The notes under the pieces are model-generated. The model ran no database searches, was not told the DNA's origin, and saw only the letters and a program-made list of their open reading frames with translations. Positions 1-9,935 of a DNA stretch of 64,000 bases are shown here, piece by piece. Numbering within the stretch: the stretch's first letter is position 1; the number at the start of each line of letters is the position of its first letter. Made by a program: the position numbers and the translations under genes. The stretch comes from Clostridia bacterium. Its GTDB lineage: Bacteria > Bacillota > Clostridia > Oscillospirales > CAG-272. The stretch lies in the NCBI GenBank assembly GCA_029007295.1, contig JAQXHN010000018.1:32096-96095 (forward strand), given 5' to 3'.

Positions 1-395
1 GTGCCGTTCACCGTAATGCCGTTATTCGCCTTTACTGCGTTAACCTTACCTGTTACGGCAACGAAGCAAAAGCCTTCCTTTGCGCTCATTACATATTCGC
101 CGTCGGAATTAGGGGCATAGCTGCGGGAATTTTTTTCAACTACAACCTCGGTTACATTGCCGAGAGGAACATTGCCGGCATTGTCCGTGAGAACGTCGCC
201 CTCTTTAATTATTTCGGCTGTAGTGTTCGCAACCTCATATACCGTATATGTTACTTCGAATTCCTGTGTGTTTGTGCTTTGAACGATTTTTTTACCTGCA
301 AATTTGTAGCCGACAATTGCTATTGCCGCAACAACGGCAAGTATGATAACAACGTCAATGATATTAAATTTGCGTGCTTTCTTTTCGGTTGACAT
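1..395 (-). CDS. DUF4330-like membrane-anchored protein; 3' end lies outside the window
   Basis: Minus-strand ATG at 395 sits 8 nt after an AAGGAAGG RBS. Translation MSTEKKARKFNIIDVVIILAVVAAIAIVGYKF... gives an N-terminal TM helix followed by a soluble domain. The frame is open to the window edge. It lies downstream of murJ and GT4 on the same strand. Confidence 0.6.
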   Translation of the reverse strand, partial: MSTEKKARKFNIIDVVIILAVVAAIAIVGYKFAGKKIVQSTNTQEFEVTYTVYEVANTTAEIIKEGDVLTDNAGNVPLGNVTEVVVEKNSRSYAPNSDGEYVMSAKEGFCFVAVTGKVNAVKANNGITVNG

Positions 396-419
396 TTCAT
401 GTACCTTCCTTGTTTATTG

Positions 420-1514
420 TTAATAATATAATTTAACGGTTTCAAACAGCAGTGAATTCAAATCGAATTCGTTTTCCGCTTTATGACGGGCGAGCCTTCC
501 CATTTCCTCGCGTTCCCTGTCGTTTTCGCAAACGGCTTTCAGCGCCGAAGCAAACGCCTCGGTGTCCCCGTAGCTCACACAGATGCCGGCTTTTCCGCCG
601 TATTCGCATAAGTCCCTGTTACCTCCCACGTCGGTGGTAACCAAGGGGAGCGACGAGCCGAGCGACTCCAGCAGTGCAAAGCTGAGCGCTTCATTCGACG
701 ACGCGCAGTTGATTGCAAAATCCGATGCGCAAAGCAGCTTTGCGGTATCGGTTCTGTATCCAAGCAACTTAATTGTATCGCCGAGCTCTTTTTCGTCTAT
801 ATGCCTTTGAAGCGACTCTCTCATTTTCCCGTCGCCGCATATCAGTATGCAAAGCTTCCTTTTTAATGTCTTTTTCGCCTCAAATACCGAATCTATGAGA
901 AAATCGAGTCCCTTTTCCGGAGACAAACGGGCAAGCGCAATCCCGACCACGGCGTCCCCGTCCGCTATACCCTTCAGGTAGCTTCTGTCGCGGGGCGGTA
1001 TCTTAGAGGTATCAATTCCGTTGTAAATGACATGGATTTTGCTTTTATCCACCTTGTTTTCGATTAATATCTTTTCTCCCTCTCGGCACACGGATATTAC
1101 TGCGTCGTTTAAAGGAGTCAGCTTCTTATTGAAAAATTTCCAAACGGCATTCTGATAAAGCGTCAGGTGCGATGTAAAAACGACCTTTACGCTTTTCAGC
1201 CTTTTCTTTGCCTGCAGGGCAATAAAGTTTTCTCTGGGATACTGCGCATGTATAACGTCAATCTTCTCTTGAATACACAGCTTGCTAAGGCTTTTAACCG
1301 CTTTTCTGTCAAAAGGCGATTTCATTGAAAGCCGATGGCAGGGGATCCCCTTTGCCTCGCATTTTTCGGACAGCTCGCCCGGAATATTGTAGCACAGATG
1401 CGCTTCAAACTCGTTATTTGGCAGATAATCAATCAAATTTTCCACATATTTTTCCGTGCCCGCCTTACCTGCAAAGTTAATAAGGTACAGCACCTTTATT
1501 TTATCAGACTTCAT
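420..1514 (-). CDS. Glycosyltransferase family 4 (GT-B fold)
   Basis: 364-aa ORF with a typical GT4 layout and a C-terminal E-x7-E-like motif (SSNEALSFALLESLGSSLPLV). It overlaps the murJ stop by 11 nt, suggesting an operon. Confidence 0.85.
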   Translation of the reverse strand: MKSDKIKVLYLINFAGKAGTEKYVENLIDYLPNNEFEAHLCYNIPGELSEKCEAKGIPCHRLSMKSPFDRKAVKSLSKLCIQEKIDVIHAQYPRENFIALQAKKRLKSVKVVFTSHLTLYQNAVWKFFNKKLTPLNDAVISVCREGEKILIENKVDKSKIHVIYNGIDTSKIPPRDRSYLKGIADGDAVVGIALARLSPEKGLDFLIDSVFEAKKTLKRKLCILICGDGKMRESLQRHIDEKELGDTIKLLGYRTDTAKLLCASDFAINCASSNEALSFALLESLGSSLPLVTTDVGGNRDLCEYGGKAGICVSYGDTEAFASALKAVCENDREREEMGRLARHKAENEFDLNSLLFETVKLYY

Positions 1515-3054
1515 TTTTGCCTCTCTTTGAAAGCTTACTCAAAAATTGTTTTAAAGCGGGAATTTTTAAAACGACTGCGCAAATTAGGTACACCGCAACG
1601 CCGACAACGGTCGGTATCGCAAGACGCAACGCCCGGCGCATAACGCTATCTCCCGCAATAAAATCGGATACCGCAACGCTTGCTCCGTAAACGAAAAGAG
1701 CCATTACTGCACCCGCTGCTACGGTTTTTATTAAATTCTCCGTCATTTTAAATCCGAATTTTCCGACCTTCCGTCGAAGCATAATCAAAAGGAACAGTGT
1801 TCCGATTATCGCCGCAACGGAGTACGCCAAAGGTATTCCGTATTCGCAAAGAGGAGTAAATTTCGATAAAATGTAACCGAGTATTACATTTATTACCATA
1901 ATTGTTACGCCGGTGATTGCCGATATTTTTGTCTGTCGCATTGAATAGAAAGCCCTGTCTGCGATTTCCTTAATTCCGAGAAAGCAAAGACAAAAGCAAT
2001 ACATCAGGAGAAACGCAGACTCAACCTTAATGTCGGAGGCGGTAATTTCACCGTGCTCGGAAATAAGCGAAAGAAACGGCGTTCTCAAAACCATCAAGCC
2101 GAATGTAACAGGCACCAAAACAAGTGACATACCTGATATCGTTTCGCTGACGCTTTGCCTGAAGCCCTCGTTATCTCCGCTTGAATACTTAGAAGCCATG
2201 GTCGGATACATTACCGAGGTTATCGCCAGCACTATTGTCATAACAGACGAAATAATAAGATTCTGAACAAAATTGAAAAGCGTTACCGAATGAGGAGCCG
2301 CATTTGTCATCATCAAATTGTTGCAGAACATATTAAACTGATATGCGCAGGCTCCGAGAATAACGGGTCCGGTCATTCTTATCGCCGTGCGAAGGTTTTC
2401 GTCCTTCAGATCTATTACCGGGCGGTAGCGATATCGGTGCTTAACAGCCGAGGGCAGCATAACGGCAAACTGCATGAACAATCCGATAACGGTCGTGATA
2501 AGAAGTCCCGTAACACCGTAATCCTTCGCAAAAAGAAGAATATACGCAATTATCAAAATTCCGCTAGGCAGATTAACAAGGGCGGGAGAGATAAAATCTC
2601 CGAGAGACTGTAATATTCCCTGATATATGTAATTCAGGCAGTAGAAAAGCATAACGGGCATCATTATACGGATAGCCGTTCCGACATAGGGCTTGTCCGA
2701 ATAATCGGTAAAGGACGGAATAACAAACGACGCCGCTATGCCCAATATAATCAATATTACGGTTGCAAGAGAGCTGACAGTAATAATATTTGAGGCAAAA
2801 CCGTCCGCTTTTTTGCGTTCGTTTTTGGCAAGAAGCGCGGCATATACCGGAATTACCACGCCGGATAAAGCCGTTCCGACGCTTTGAAAAATATAGTTAG
2901 GTATCTGTACGGCAAAGGAATATATATTCAAATGAACATTGTCCGAGCCGAAATATGACATATAAACCTGATTGGAAACAAGGGAAAGCAATTTCCCGGC
3001 AAGCATTATTATCATTACTGCGCCGATAGAGCGCATTACACCTTTTTTTGCCAA
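1504..3054 (-). CDS. murJ: Lipid II flippase MurJ/MviN family
   Basis: 516-aa polytopic membrane protein. The N-terminus MAKKGVMRSIGAVMIIMLAGKLLSLVSNQVYMSYFG is typical of MurJ. Confidence 0.85.
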   Translation of the reverse strand: MAKKGVMRSIGAVMIIMLAGKLLSLVSNQVYMSYFGSDNVHLNIYSFAVQIPNYIFQSVGTALSGVVIPVYAALLAKNERKKADGFASNIITVSSLATVILIILGIAASFVIPSFTDYSDKPYVGTAIRIMMPVMLFYCLNYIYQGILQSLGDFISPALVNLPSGILIIAYILLFAKDYGVTGLLITTVIGLFMQFAVMLPSAVKHRYRYRPVIDLKDENLRTAIRMTGPVILGACAYQFNMFCNNLMMTNAAPHSVTLFNFVQNLIISSVMTIVLAITSVMYPTMASKYSSGDNEGFRQSVSETISGMSLVLVPVTFGLMVLRTPFLSLISEHGEITASDIKVESAFLLMYCFCLCFLGIKEIADRAFYSMRQTKISAITGVTIMVINVILGYILSKFTPLCEYGIPLAYSVAAIIGTLFLLIMLRRKVGKFGFKMTENLIKTVAAGAVMALFVYGASVAVSDFIAGDSVMRRALRLAIPTVVGVAVYLICAVVLKIPALKQFLSKLSKRGKNEV

Positions 3055-3198
3055 AATCCCCCACCTATCTTATCAAATAATTGATAAGATTATATCATAT
3101 ATGAGTTTCTCTGTCAATGAAAAAACTCTTTTAGATTTTTGAATAAGTACGCCGAAACAAGGATAAAATAAGGAAAACAAACAAAGGATGGTTTCAAA

Positions 3199-3912
3199 AT
3201 GGCAAAGGAACAAAATCAAAAGCAAAGCAGTTCGTTTTTATTTATTTTCTGCGCTGTATTTGCATTGGCTATAATATGTATCGCATTGACTACGCTGATT
3301 TCCACAAACGATAAACAGGAAAAGAAGAAAATATCGGAAAGCGACGTTACAACACAGGAAAGAGTCATACGGGATACCGAACAAACGGAGACGGCAAGCG
3401 AGGAGATTACCGAAACAGAGCCGCCTAAGGATACATCAACGGAGAACGAAAACGCCGCAAACGGTACCGTCGAATGCTTCGCCCCCATGTCCGGATATTT
3501 GATTCGCTCTTACGATACGGCGCTTGCAAGCTATTCGACAACAATGAACGATTACCGCACTCATTCCGGAATTGATGTCGCGGGCGAGGTCGGCGAGCCT
3601 GTTTATTCGTTCGCATCGGGAACGGTAAGCGCAATTTACAATGACAATTTTTGGGGCACGTGCGTCGAAATTGAGCACGACAACGGGATGAAGTCCTGTT
3701 ACAGAAGCCTCGGCGAAGCCGTAGCGGAGGGCATTGAGCAGGGAAGCTACGTTCAGTGCGGTCAGCTGATTGCATATCTCGGAGACAGTGCAAAAATTGA
3801 AGCTGCCGACTCTCCGCATCTTCATTTTGAGCTTTCGTCAAACGGAAAATGCTTAAACCCTCTCGATTACCTCACCTATGAAGCTATGCCCGACACCGTT
3901 GAGATTGAATAA
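3199..3912 (+). CDS. M23 family metallopeptidase, membrane anchored
   Basis: N-terminal TM helix. M23 motifs HSGIDVAG...GTVS...HLHFEL are present. Confidence 0.85.
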   Translation: MAKEQNQKQSSSFLFIFCAVFALAIICIALTTLISTNDKQEKKKISESDVTTQERVIRDTEQTETASEEITETEPPKDTSTENENAANGTVECFAPMSGYLIRSYDTALASYSTTMNDYRTHSGIDVAGEVGEPVYSFASGTVSAIYNDNFWGTCVEIEHDNGMKSCYRSLGEAVAEGIEQGSYVQCGQLIAYLGDSAKIEAADSPHLHFELSSNGKCLNPLDYLTYEAMPDTVEIE

Positions 3913-3994
3913 CCTAAAGCATACGGAGAACAAATCCAAACAGGCAGGAAGCGTTTTTCTCGGCCTTTCAATTTGAAGACATGTCTGCAAATTG

Positions 3995-4024
3995 AAAGGT
4001 CGGCAACCGCCGACCTTTTTTATT
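3995..4024. terminator. Bidirectional intrinsic terminator between convergent genes
   Basis: GGTCGGC-aacc-GCCGACC hairpin flanked by an A-run and a T-run. It sits between the M23 peptidase (+) and GH32 (-) stops. Confidence 0.6.
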
Positions 4025-5636
4025 TTATGCTTCTCTTAAGCTTGCTTGCACGAATTCTTCCGTTACCGGAAATATTAATGTAAAGTCCGTCATTTGCGGG
4101 CTTTTTCAGCTTTAACGGACAGTAAACCTCACCGACTCCGAAGAAAAATTCACACATCATAACGTCGAAAATCGCTCTTATCCTAATCTTGCCGTCAATC
4201 GGTACAAGAGGCAGGGTAAATTCCTTTTCCCCGTCCGGTATTATGTGTAGCTTCTTTTCCCTCTCGTTATAGGAAATACCGTAGCCGCCGATTTTAACAA
4301 AGGAAGCAACATCCGTTTCTATTTCCGTATCAAAGGCCCTACCTTCCTCAAATACAACTCCGACTCCGTCGCCCTCGATATCTCTTGTTTCCTCATAATA
4401 GCCTTCAATCTCGCAAACAGGCATAGCGCAAAGACGCACGCCGAACCCCGTCCTTCTCAGTTTAAGCTCCTGGGGGATTGTCATTGCCTGCGTAAAGGGC
4501 ATACCGAACTGTTCAAATCCGACGGCGTACCATGCAATTCTAATCTTTCTGCCGTCGGGTGCGGAATCGAAATTCTGGAAAGCATAAGCCGAAAAACGCT
4601 CCCAAGGGTCGTCGAGCGAGGTGTTTACAAACGCACCGTTGTATTTGCAGGAGAAATCCTTTGTCGCTTCGAGCATATTGACGTACTTGTCCAGACGCGA
4701 TTCGTCAATTTCATCCGGCGTGAATTTATGGCCGTCGAATTGACCTATCATATAAGCGCCGTCGCCGCCGTTCAAAACCCATTTTTCCTCGTCGGTGCCC
4801 TCGATTTTGTATTTCACCATATCGGGACATTCACGGAACTGCTCTATGTCGCTTTCGTGAACCCAATTTTCCAAATCCTCGGAGGAAGAGAACGAATATG
4901 AGGTAATATCCCTCAATGTAATCGAAATATACCTGCCGGATTCCTCGTGGAAGAGAATCTTCGGGTCGCCGCTGCCTGCATTATTTACGCTCTTGAATTT
5001 ATAGTGGTATCCCCCGTCATCGCTCTCGAAAATAAGGTAATCGCAGGCGACGCACGGCTTTCCTGTTTTTCTGTCGTGAAATCCGGTGCCTGAGGCACGG
5101 TGCGGATAACGCATAACAGGCTCCAGCTCCGTCCAGTTGAATAAATCGTCGGAAACGGCGTGCCCCCAGTGATTGTTGTCCCACATTCCGTAGGTTGCTC
5201 CGGGACAGTGCTGATAGTACATATGATATTTTCCGTCGTGGTATATAAGACCGTTCGGGTCATTTATCCAGCCTCGAAGAGTTGTAAAGTGAACAAGAGG
5301 CCTCAGGTGCTCGCCGTAATGGGGAGCGTCTTCAAAATCGTCCTCTACACGGACAAGGCTGCCGAGCTTATCGTAATCCTCGGGGGTGAGCTCTAAATCG
5401 CCCTCAGGCATTCTTTTCCATTGCGACGGGCTTGGCGCAATCTCAACCTGCAGAGTCTTTCCTTTAAATTCACTCATATCGACAAAATATTTATATCCGG
5501 AGGGATTTTCACCCAAATGAGTAAAAATCTGCTCAACTGTGTTGCCGTCAAGAAAAAAGTTGACGGCAACACAGTTTTTATTCTTGGGATCGCTTTCAAA
5601 CGTTACATATCTTTTGTCGATTTTTAAATCAAACAT
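4020..5636 (-). CDS. Glycoside hydrolase family 32 (beta-fructofuranosidase / sucrose-6-P hydrolase-like), cytoplasmic
   Basis: GH32 signature WINDPNGLIYHDGKYHMYYQH plus the downstream RDP/EC-type blocks (FRECPDM). No signal peptide. GGGAGG RBS. Confidence 0.85.
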   Translation of the reverse strand: MFDLKIDKRYVTFESDPKNKNCVAVNFFLDGNTVEQIFTHLGENPSGYKYFVDMSEFKGKTLQVEIAPSPSQWKRMPEGDLELTPEDYDKLGSLVRVEDDFEDAPHYGEHLRPLVHFTTLRGWINDPNGLIYHDGKYHMYYQHCPGATYGMWDNNHWGHAVSDDLFNWTELEPVMRYPHRASGTGFHDRKTGKPCVACDYLIFESDDGGYHYKFKSVNNAGSGDPKILFHEESGRYISITLRDITSYSFSSSEDLENWVHESDIEQFRECPDMVKYKIEGTDEEKWVLNGGDGAYMIGQFDGHKFTPDEIDESRLDKYVNMLEATKDFSCKYNGAFVNTSLDDPWERFSAYAFQNFDSAPDGRKIRIAWYAVGFEQFGMPFTQAMTIPQELKLRRTGFGVRLCAMPVCEIEGYYEETRDIEGDGVGVVFEEGRAFDTEIETDVASFVKIGGYGISYNEREKKLHIIPDGEKEFTLPLVPIDGKIRIRAIFDVMMCEFFFGVGEVYCPLKLKKPANDGLYINISGNGRIRASKLKRSIK

Positions 5637-5689
5637 ACTTCTTTTTCCTCCCGGTTGCCGGTTACTGCCAATGTCGGATAAAACATGTC

Positions 5690-7450
5690 TTAGGTTATCT
5701 TGTCAAAATATTCCTTCTTGTATTTTTCAAAATCCTTGCCGAACAAGCTCTCCTCCTTGTAATTACGAAGATATTCGTGAGTATCGAGAGAGGAGTCGTT
5801 CGTAGTCAGCTGAATAATACAAGCGGCTATGTTTGAGCAATGGTCCGCCACTCTTTCAAAATTACCGAGCAAGTCGTTAAATACAAATCCGGTTAAAAGC
5901 GTGCATTCGGAATTGCTCAATCTTGCTACATGGTTCGATTTCATCGTCGAACGAAGCATATCAATAACCTCCTCCAACGGCTCAACCTTAGCCGCCGTTA
6001 TCGGGTCGTTTTTCTCGAAGGCGGTAAAGGTAAGCGAGAGAATTTCCGTTATTGCCGCCGTCATGGTTTCCAATTCTTTATATGCTCCCTCAGAAAAAAC
6101 GATATTCTTTTCATTGATTTCAGCAGCGGCCTCCGTAATATTGACGGCGTGGTCGCCTATTCTCTCTATGTCGCCGATACAGTGCAGGCATCTTGTGACC
6201 TGATTTACCTCGTCAACGGATAATTCCCTTGACGAAAGCTTTACAAGATACGAGCCGAGCTTATCCTCATAACGGTCGATGATTTCTTCCTTCTCATTGA
6301 TTTTTTCGGAAGTCTTTGAATCCCAATCGGTTATCAGCGACAGAGAAGCGATAATATTTTTGCGAGCTATGCCTGCCATGCGAGATACCGTTGAGTTGCA
6401 TCTCTCTACCGCAAGGGGAGGATATGCAAGGAAATGCTCGTCAAGCAATTCAACAGATTCCTCGTCCTCTCCCTTCCTGTCGGGGACGGAAATGCAAATC
6501 AGCTTTTCGATAAGTCCGGTAAACGGCAAAAGCACTAAAGTCGAAAACAATTTATATACGGTATTGAACACCGCTATGCCGACAGGGTCCGAAAGTTTTT
6601 CCGTAAGCACCGAATAATCGATGAATATGCCGATGATATAGTAAATTGCAAGAAAAACCGCCGTTCCGAGTGCATTGAAATAGAGGTAAACTAAACCGGT
6701 GCGCTTTCCGTTTTTGTTTGCGGAAAAACCTGCAATCAGAACAGGCACGCATGCGCCGATATTCATACCGAGGACAAGGGGAAATACTGCGGAATATTTA
6801 ATTCCGACGGAAACGGAAAGAGCCTGCAGTACACCGACAGACGCAGACGACGATTGAATTACCGCCGTAAAGATCATTCCCACAAGAATACCCAGCACAG
6901 GATTTGAGAACACCTTGAGCATGCTGACAAAGGTCTGGGAATCCTTTAAAGGAGCGACTGCCTGCGACATCGACGTCATGCCGAACATCAAAACGGCAAA
7001 GCCGAGCATTATGCCGCCGATATGTACCTTTTTCTGAGTCTTTGAAAACATATAAAAAACGATGCCGACAAGAGCTATAACGGCGGAAATTGTACCTACC
7101 GAAAGAAGTTCGCCCAAAGCCGAGCTTTTTACGCTCGAAATAGACAAAATCCATGCGGTTGCCGTTGTACCTATGTTGGCACCCATAATAACACCTATTG
7201 CCTGTGAAAGCTTCATCATACCGGAGTTAACAAAGCCGATAACCATTACGCTCGTTGCGGAGGACGACTGAATGACGGCAGTGACCACCGCTCCCAACAG
7301 GACGCCCAGCAGTCTGTTTGCCGTTAATTTTTCCAGAACGGTTTCAAGCTTCGAGCCCGCAACCTTTTTAAGACTATCTCCCATCAGCGACATGCCGTAT
7401 AAAAACAAGGCAAGTCCGCCGAGCAGAGAAACAGCGTTAGCAATACTCAT
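5690..7450 (-). CDS. Na+/phosphate cotransporter family protein with C-terminal PhoU-like domains
   Basis: Polytopic N-terminal half with duplicated QSSSA(T/S) motifs and a PhoU-like helical C-terminal half. I prefer the ATG at 7450 (AAAGGA RBS). The ORF track extends to 7489. Confidence 0.85.
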   Translation of the reverse strand: MSIANAVSLLGGLALFLYGMSLMGDSLKKVAGSKLETVLEKLTANRLLGVLLGAVVTAVIQSSSATSVMVIGFVNSGMMKLSQAIGVIMGANIGTTATAWILSISSVKSSALGELLSVGTISAVIALVGIVFYMFSKTQKKVHIGGIMLGFAVLMFGMTSMSQAVAPLKDSQTFVSMLKVFSNPVLGILVGMIFTAVIQSSSASVGVLQALSVSVGIKYSAVFPLVLGMNIGACVPVLIAGFSANKNGKRTGLVYLYFNALGTAVFLAIYYIIGIFIDYSVLTEKLSDPVGIAVFNTVYKLFSTLVLLPFTGLIEKLICISVPDRKGEDEESVELLDEHFLAYPPLAVERCNSTVSRMAGIARKNIIASLSLITDWDSKTSEKINEKEEIIDRYEDKLGSYLVKLSSRELSVDEVNQVTRCLHCIGDIERIGDHAVNITEAAAEINEKNIVFSEGAYKELETMTAAITEILSLTFTAFEKNDPITAAKVEPLEEVIDMLRSTMKSNHVARLSNSECTLLTGFVFNDLLGNFERVADHCSNIAACIIQLTTNDSSLDTHEYLRNYKEESLFGKDFEKYKKEYFDKIT

Positions 7451-7634
7451 ATTTTTTATTCCTTTCACCTGCTTGCAACTCTGTTGCAATAATCAATTCT
7501 GACCTTTCCTGACTGATTGCTATTTTACCACACAGTTTTGAAAAATACAATACCGTTTTGATTTTTTTACTTTATTTTACAGCGTGAACAATTTGACAGA
7601 CAAAGCTCTATAAAAGAATTGTATGAATTATACT

Positions 7635-7664
7635 AAAAACGGTGCCGTTGCCGGCACCGTTTTG
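7635..7664 (-). terminator. Intrinsic terminator after the FolT-like gene
   Basis: CGGTGCC-gttgcc-GGCACCG hairpin with flanking A- and T-runs, immediately downstream of the stop at 7698. Confidence 0.65.
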
Positions 7665-7697
7665 CTTAATCCGAATATATCATTATGCTTCGTTTGC

Positions 7698-9074
7698 TTA
7701 TCCTTCTTCGTTTGCGGGTTCGAATACCGTATTTTCCTGCCTTAGCACCGTATTATACAGTGCGTTAAACAAAATCCATACAATATATGCCTGAACGCAA
7801 CGAACGCACAGCTCCTCGATAACGGCCGGTATCATCAAAACCAGCGTTGATTTTTGCGCCCAGTCGAAGACTATGTATTTTAAAATAAACACGTTCGGAA
7901 CGGCGGAAGCAAGACCTCCCGCAATCAAAGCGAATAAGATGCCGGAGCCGGAAATAAACTTTTTCGGCTTCTTTTTCGCAATCAAAACGGATACGGCAAG
8001 CAACGCAAGTCCGCCAAATGCAAAAATTTCAAGTCCTATCGTCAAGAAATTCGCATATTCGGCAACCGTCGATTTGTATCCGGATTGCAGCTTGAAGCGG
8101 GTGTTTTTATACAGTCCGCTCTGTAATTCCGTGTTTGTGATATTAATGTAGCCGTCCTGAACATTCTCATCAAGGACATATTTTATATTGTGAGCCTGTG
8201 CGTAAGAAATAACCTTTTCATTTGAAGTATGGATTGTAACCCTGCCCTCGATTCCCTCAAACGCAGTATCGGAAAAGCCGTAATCGGTGTAGGTTGAAGG
8301 GACGTAGACGTCGGTTAGATTTTTACAGTCGGAAAACAAATTATCGCCGATTTTCGTGATTTTTAACCGGTACTTTTCAAAAAGCTCTTCCTTTGAGGCC
8401 TCACCCTGCTTAAATTCCTGCGAGGCATTTTTGTTTCCCGTTTCGGTAATCGCATAGGCGGGCAAGGTAATGCTTTTGACATCCTCGTCAATCGAAACCA
8501 GCGTATACGAGTCAAACGAATACTGCGAAAGCTCAAGCAGCTTATCTGTAAGGCAGGAGTATTCTCCCCCCTCACAAAGCATCTTATCCGGAACCTCAAA
8601 ATCTCTTGCTATAAATCCCCTTGTTATGCCGTCGCCGGTTATACTGATGTGTGTTGCAACACCGTAAGCGCCTACGCCGAGAAGAAGCACGGCGACGATT
8701 ATTCTCGTTACATTCTTTTTCAGTATATAGCCGTATTTTACTATAAACCAATACGCCAGCCCCTTAACACAGCCTCCGAAAAACGCAGTCAAAGTCAAAA
8801 GAGGCTGGTATCCCCCTTGCGGATTTACAAGGAAGGACAAAAAATCGCAAAGCGCAGAGGAGGCTCCTCCCCACAGCGGTCCTAACAAAAGTGCGGGAAA
8901 AGCCGTGAATATACCGGCAAGACCTACCTTCAGTCCGCCGCCGAACAGCGGAATCGTAACGGGTAAAATCGACTTGACAACGACTGCCATTGCGGTCATT
9001 ATCGCAGTAAGTACGATTTTAAAAACAGGGGCTTTGCCGCATAAAAGAAACGGCGACTTTTCGGAATTTTGCAT
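7698..9074 (-). CDS. ECF-transporter S-component-like (FolT-like) membrane protein with an inserted BspA-type leucine-rich-repeat domain
   Basis: N- and C-terminal TM bundles. A soluble segment of about 180 aa carries an LRR_5-like motif (LKITKIGDNLFSDCKNLTDVYVPSTYTDYGFSDTAFEG). ATG at 9074 follows a GGGAGG RBS. A THF riboswitch lies directly upstream. Confidence 0.6.
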   Translation of the reverse strand: MQNSEKSPFLLCGKAPVFKIVLTAIMTAMAVVVKSILPVTIPLFGGGLKVGLAGIFTAFPALLLGPLWGGASSALCDFLSFLVNPQGGYQPLLTLTAFFGGCVKGLAYWFIVKYGYILKKNVTRIIVAVLLLGVGAYGVATHISITGDGITRGFIARDFEVPDKMLCEGGEYSCLTDKLLELSQYSFDSYTLVSIDEDVKSITLPAYAITETGNKNASQEFKQGEASKEELFEKYRLKITKIGDNLFSDCKNLTDVYVPSTYTDYGFSDTAFEGIEGRVTIHTSNEKVISYAQAHNIKYVLDENVQDGYINITNTELQSGLYKNTRFKLQSGYKSTVAEYANFLTIGLEIFAFGGLALLAVSVLIAKKKPKKFISGSGILFALIAGGLASAVPNVFILKYIVFDWAQKSTLVLMIPAVIEELCVRCVQAYIVWILFNALYNTVLRQENTVFEPANEEG

Positions 9075-9133
9075 AAAAAAACCTCCCACAGCAATAATTT
9101 TCGTTATTACATAGGGATTAATGCTCCGATATG

Positions 9134-9234
9134 TAACAGCGGGATGCGACGCCGAGACCGCAACAAGCTTGTTTTCGCCCGACGGACAACTCCCCGTTCC
9201 GTCGATACTTTACGCCCCGGCATCTACTCTGTGA
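9134..9234 (-). promoter_or_regulatory. THF (tetrahydrofolate) riboswitch, folT motif
   Basis: The minus strand reads CACAGAGTAGATGCCGGGGCGTAAAGTATCGACGGAACGGGGAGTTGTCCGTCGGGCGAAAAC...GCGGTCTCGGCGTCGCATCCCGCTGT. It shares the conserved blocks AGAGUAGAUG, GCGU-AAGU, the GGGA-GU-GU hairpin loop and GCAUCC-GCU with the E. siraeum THF aptamer as I recall it. Confidence 0.8.
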
Positions 9235-9377
9235 ATGCTTTTATTCTATCACATTATTTTGCCGAATGCAACAGAAATAAACAAATATTTTACGATTTTT
9301 TGACAAACTGAGGATTGTTTTGTGGTATAATACAATATATTTTGATTATGCCATACTAAAATTTTCGGGAGGATAAA

Positions 9378-9935
9378 ATGACCTGGCAGGAGCTTGAAAA
9401 CGAATGCATAACGTGCAGAAAATGCGAGCTTTGCAAAACGAGAACCAATACCGTTTTCGGCGCCGGAAACAAAAACGCCGACCTTATGTTCGTCGGCGAA
9501 GCGCCCGGCGAAAACGAGGATCTTACGGGCATTCCGTTTGTAGGAAGAGCAGGAAAGCTCTTTGATAAATATCTTGAAGCCGTCGGCATACGGCGAGACA
9601 GCGTATATATTGCAAACATGCTTAAATGCCGTCCGCCGAAAAACCGCGATCCCCTGCCCTCCGAGCAGGATATGTGCATTGAATATTTAAGAAATCAGGT
9701 TAGGCTTATCTCGCCGAAGCTGATAGTCTGCCTCGGAAGAATCTCGGCAATACGCCTTATCGACCCGCATTTTATGATCACAAGGCAACACGGAATTTGG
9801 TACAAAAAGGGTAGCTTTGAGATGTGCGCCGTATATCATCCGTCTCTATTGCTTCGCGACCCGCGCAAAAAGGAGGACATGCTCACGGACATGAAGGTCG
9901 TCAAGGCCAAGCTTGACGCCCTGAGCGTAAATTGA
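9378..9935 (+). CDS. Uracil-DNA glycosylase, family 4
   Basis: CRKCELC cysteine motif plus GEAPGENEDLTGIPFVGRAGKL, the family-4 UDG signature. Confidence 0.9.
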   Translation: MTWQELENECITCRKCELCKTRTNTVFGAGNKNADLMFVGEAPGENEDLTGIPFVGRAGKLFDKYLEAVGIRRDSVYIANMLKCRPPKNRDPLPSEQDMCIEYLRNQVRLISPKLIVCLGRISAIRLIDPHFMITRQHGIWYKKGSFEMCAVYHPSLLLRDPRKKEDMLTDMKVVKAKLDALSVN

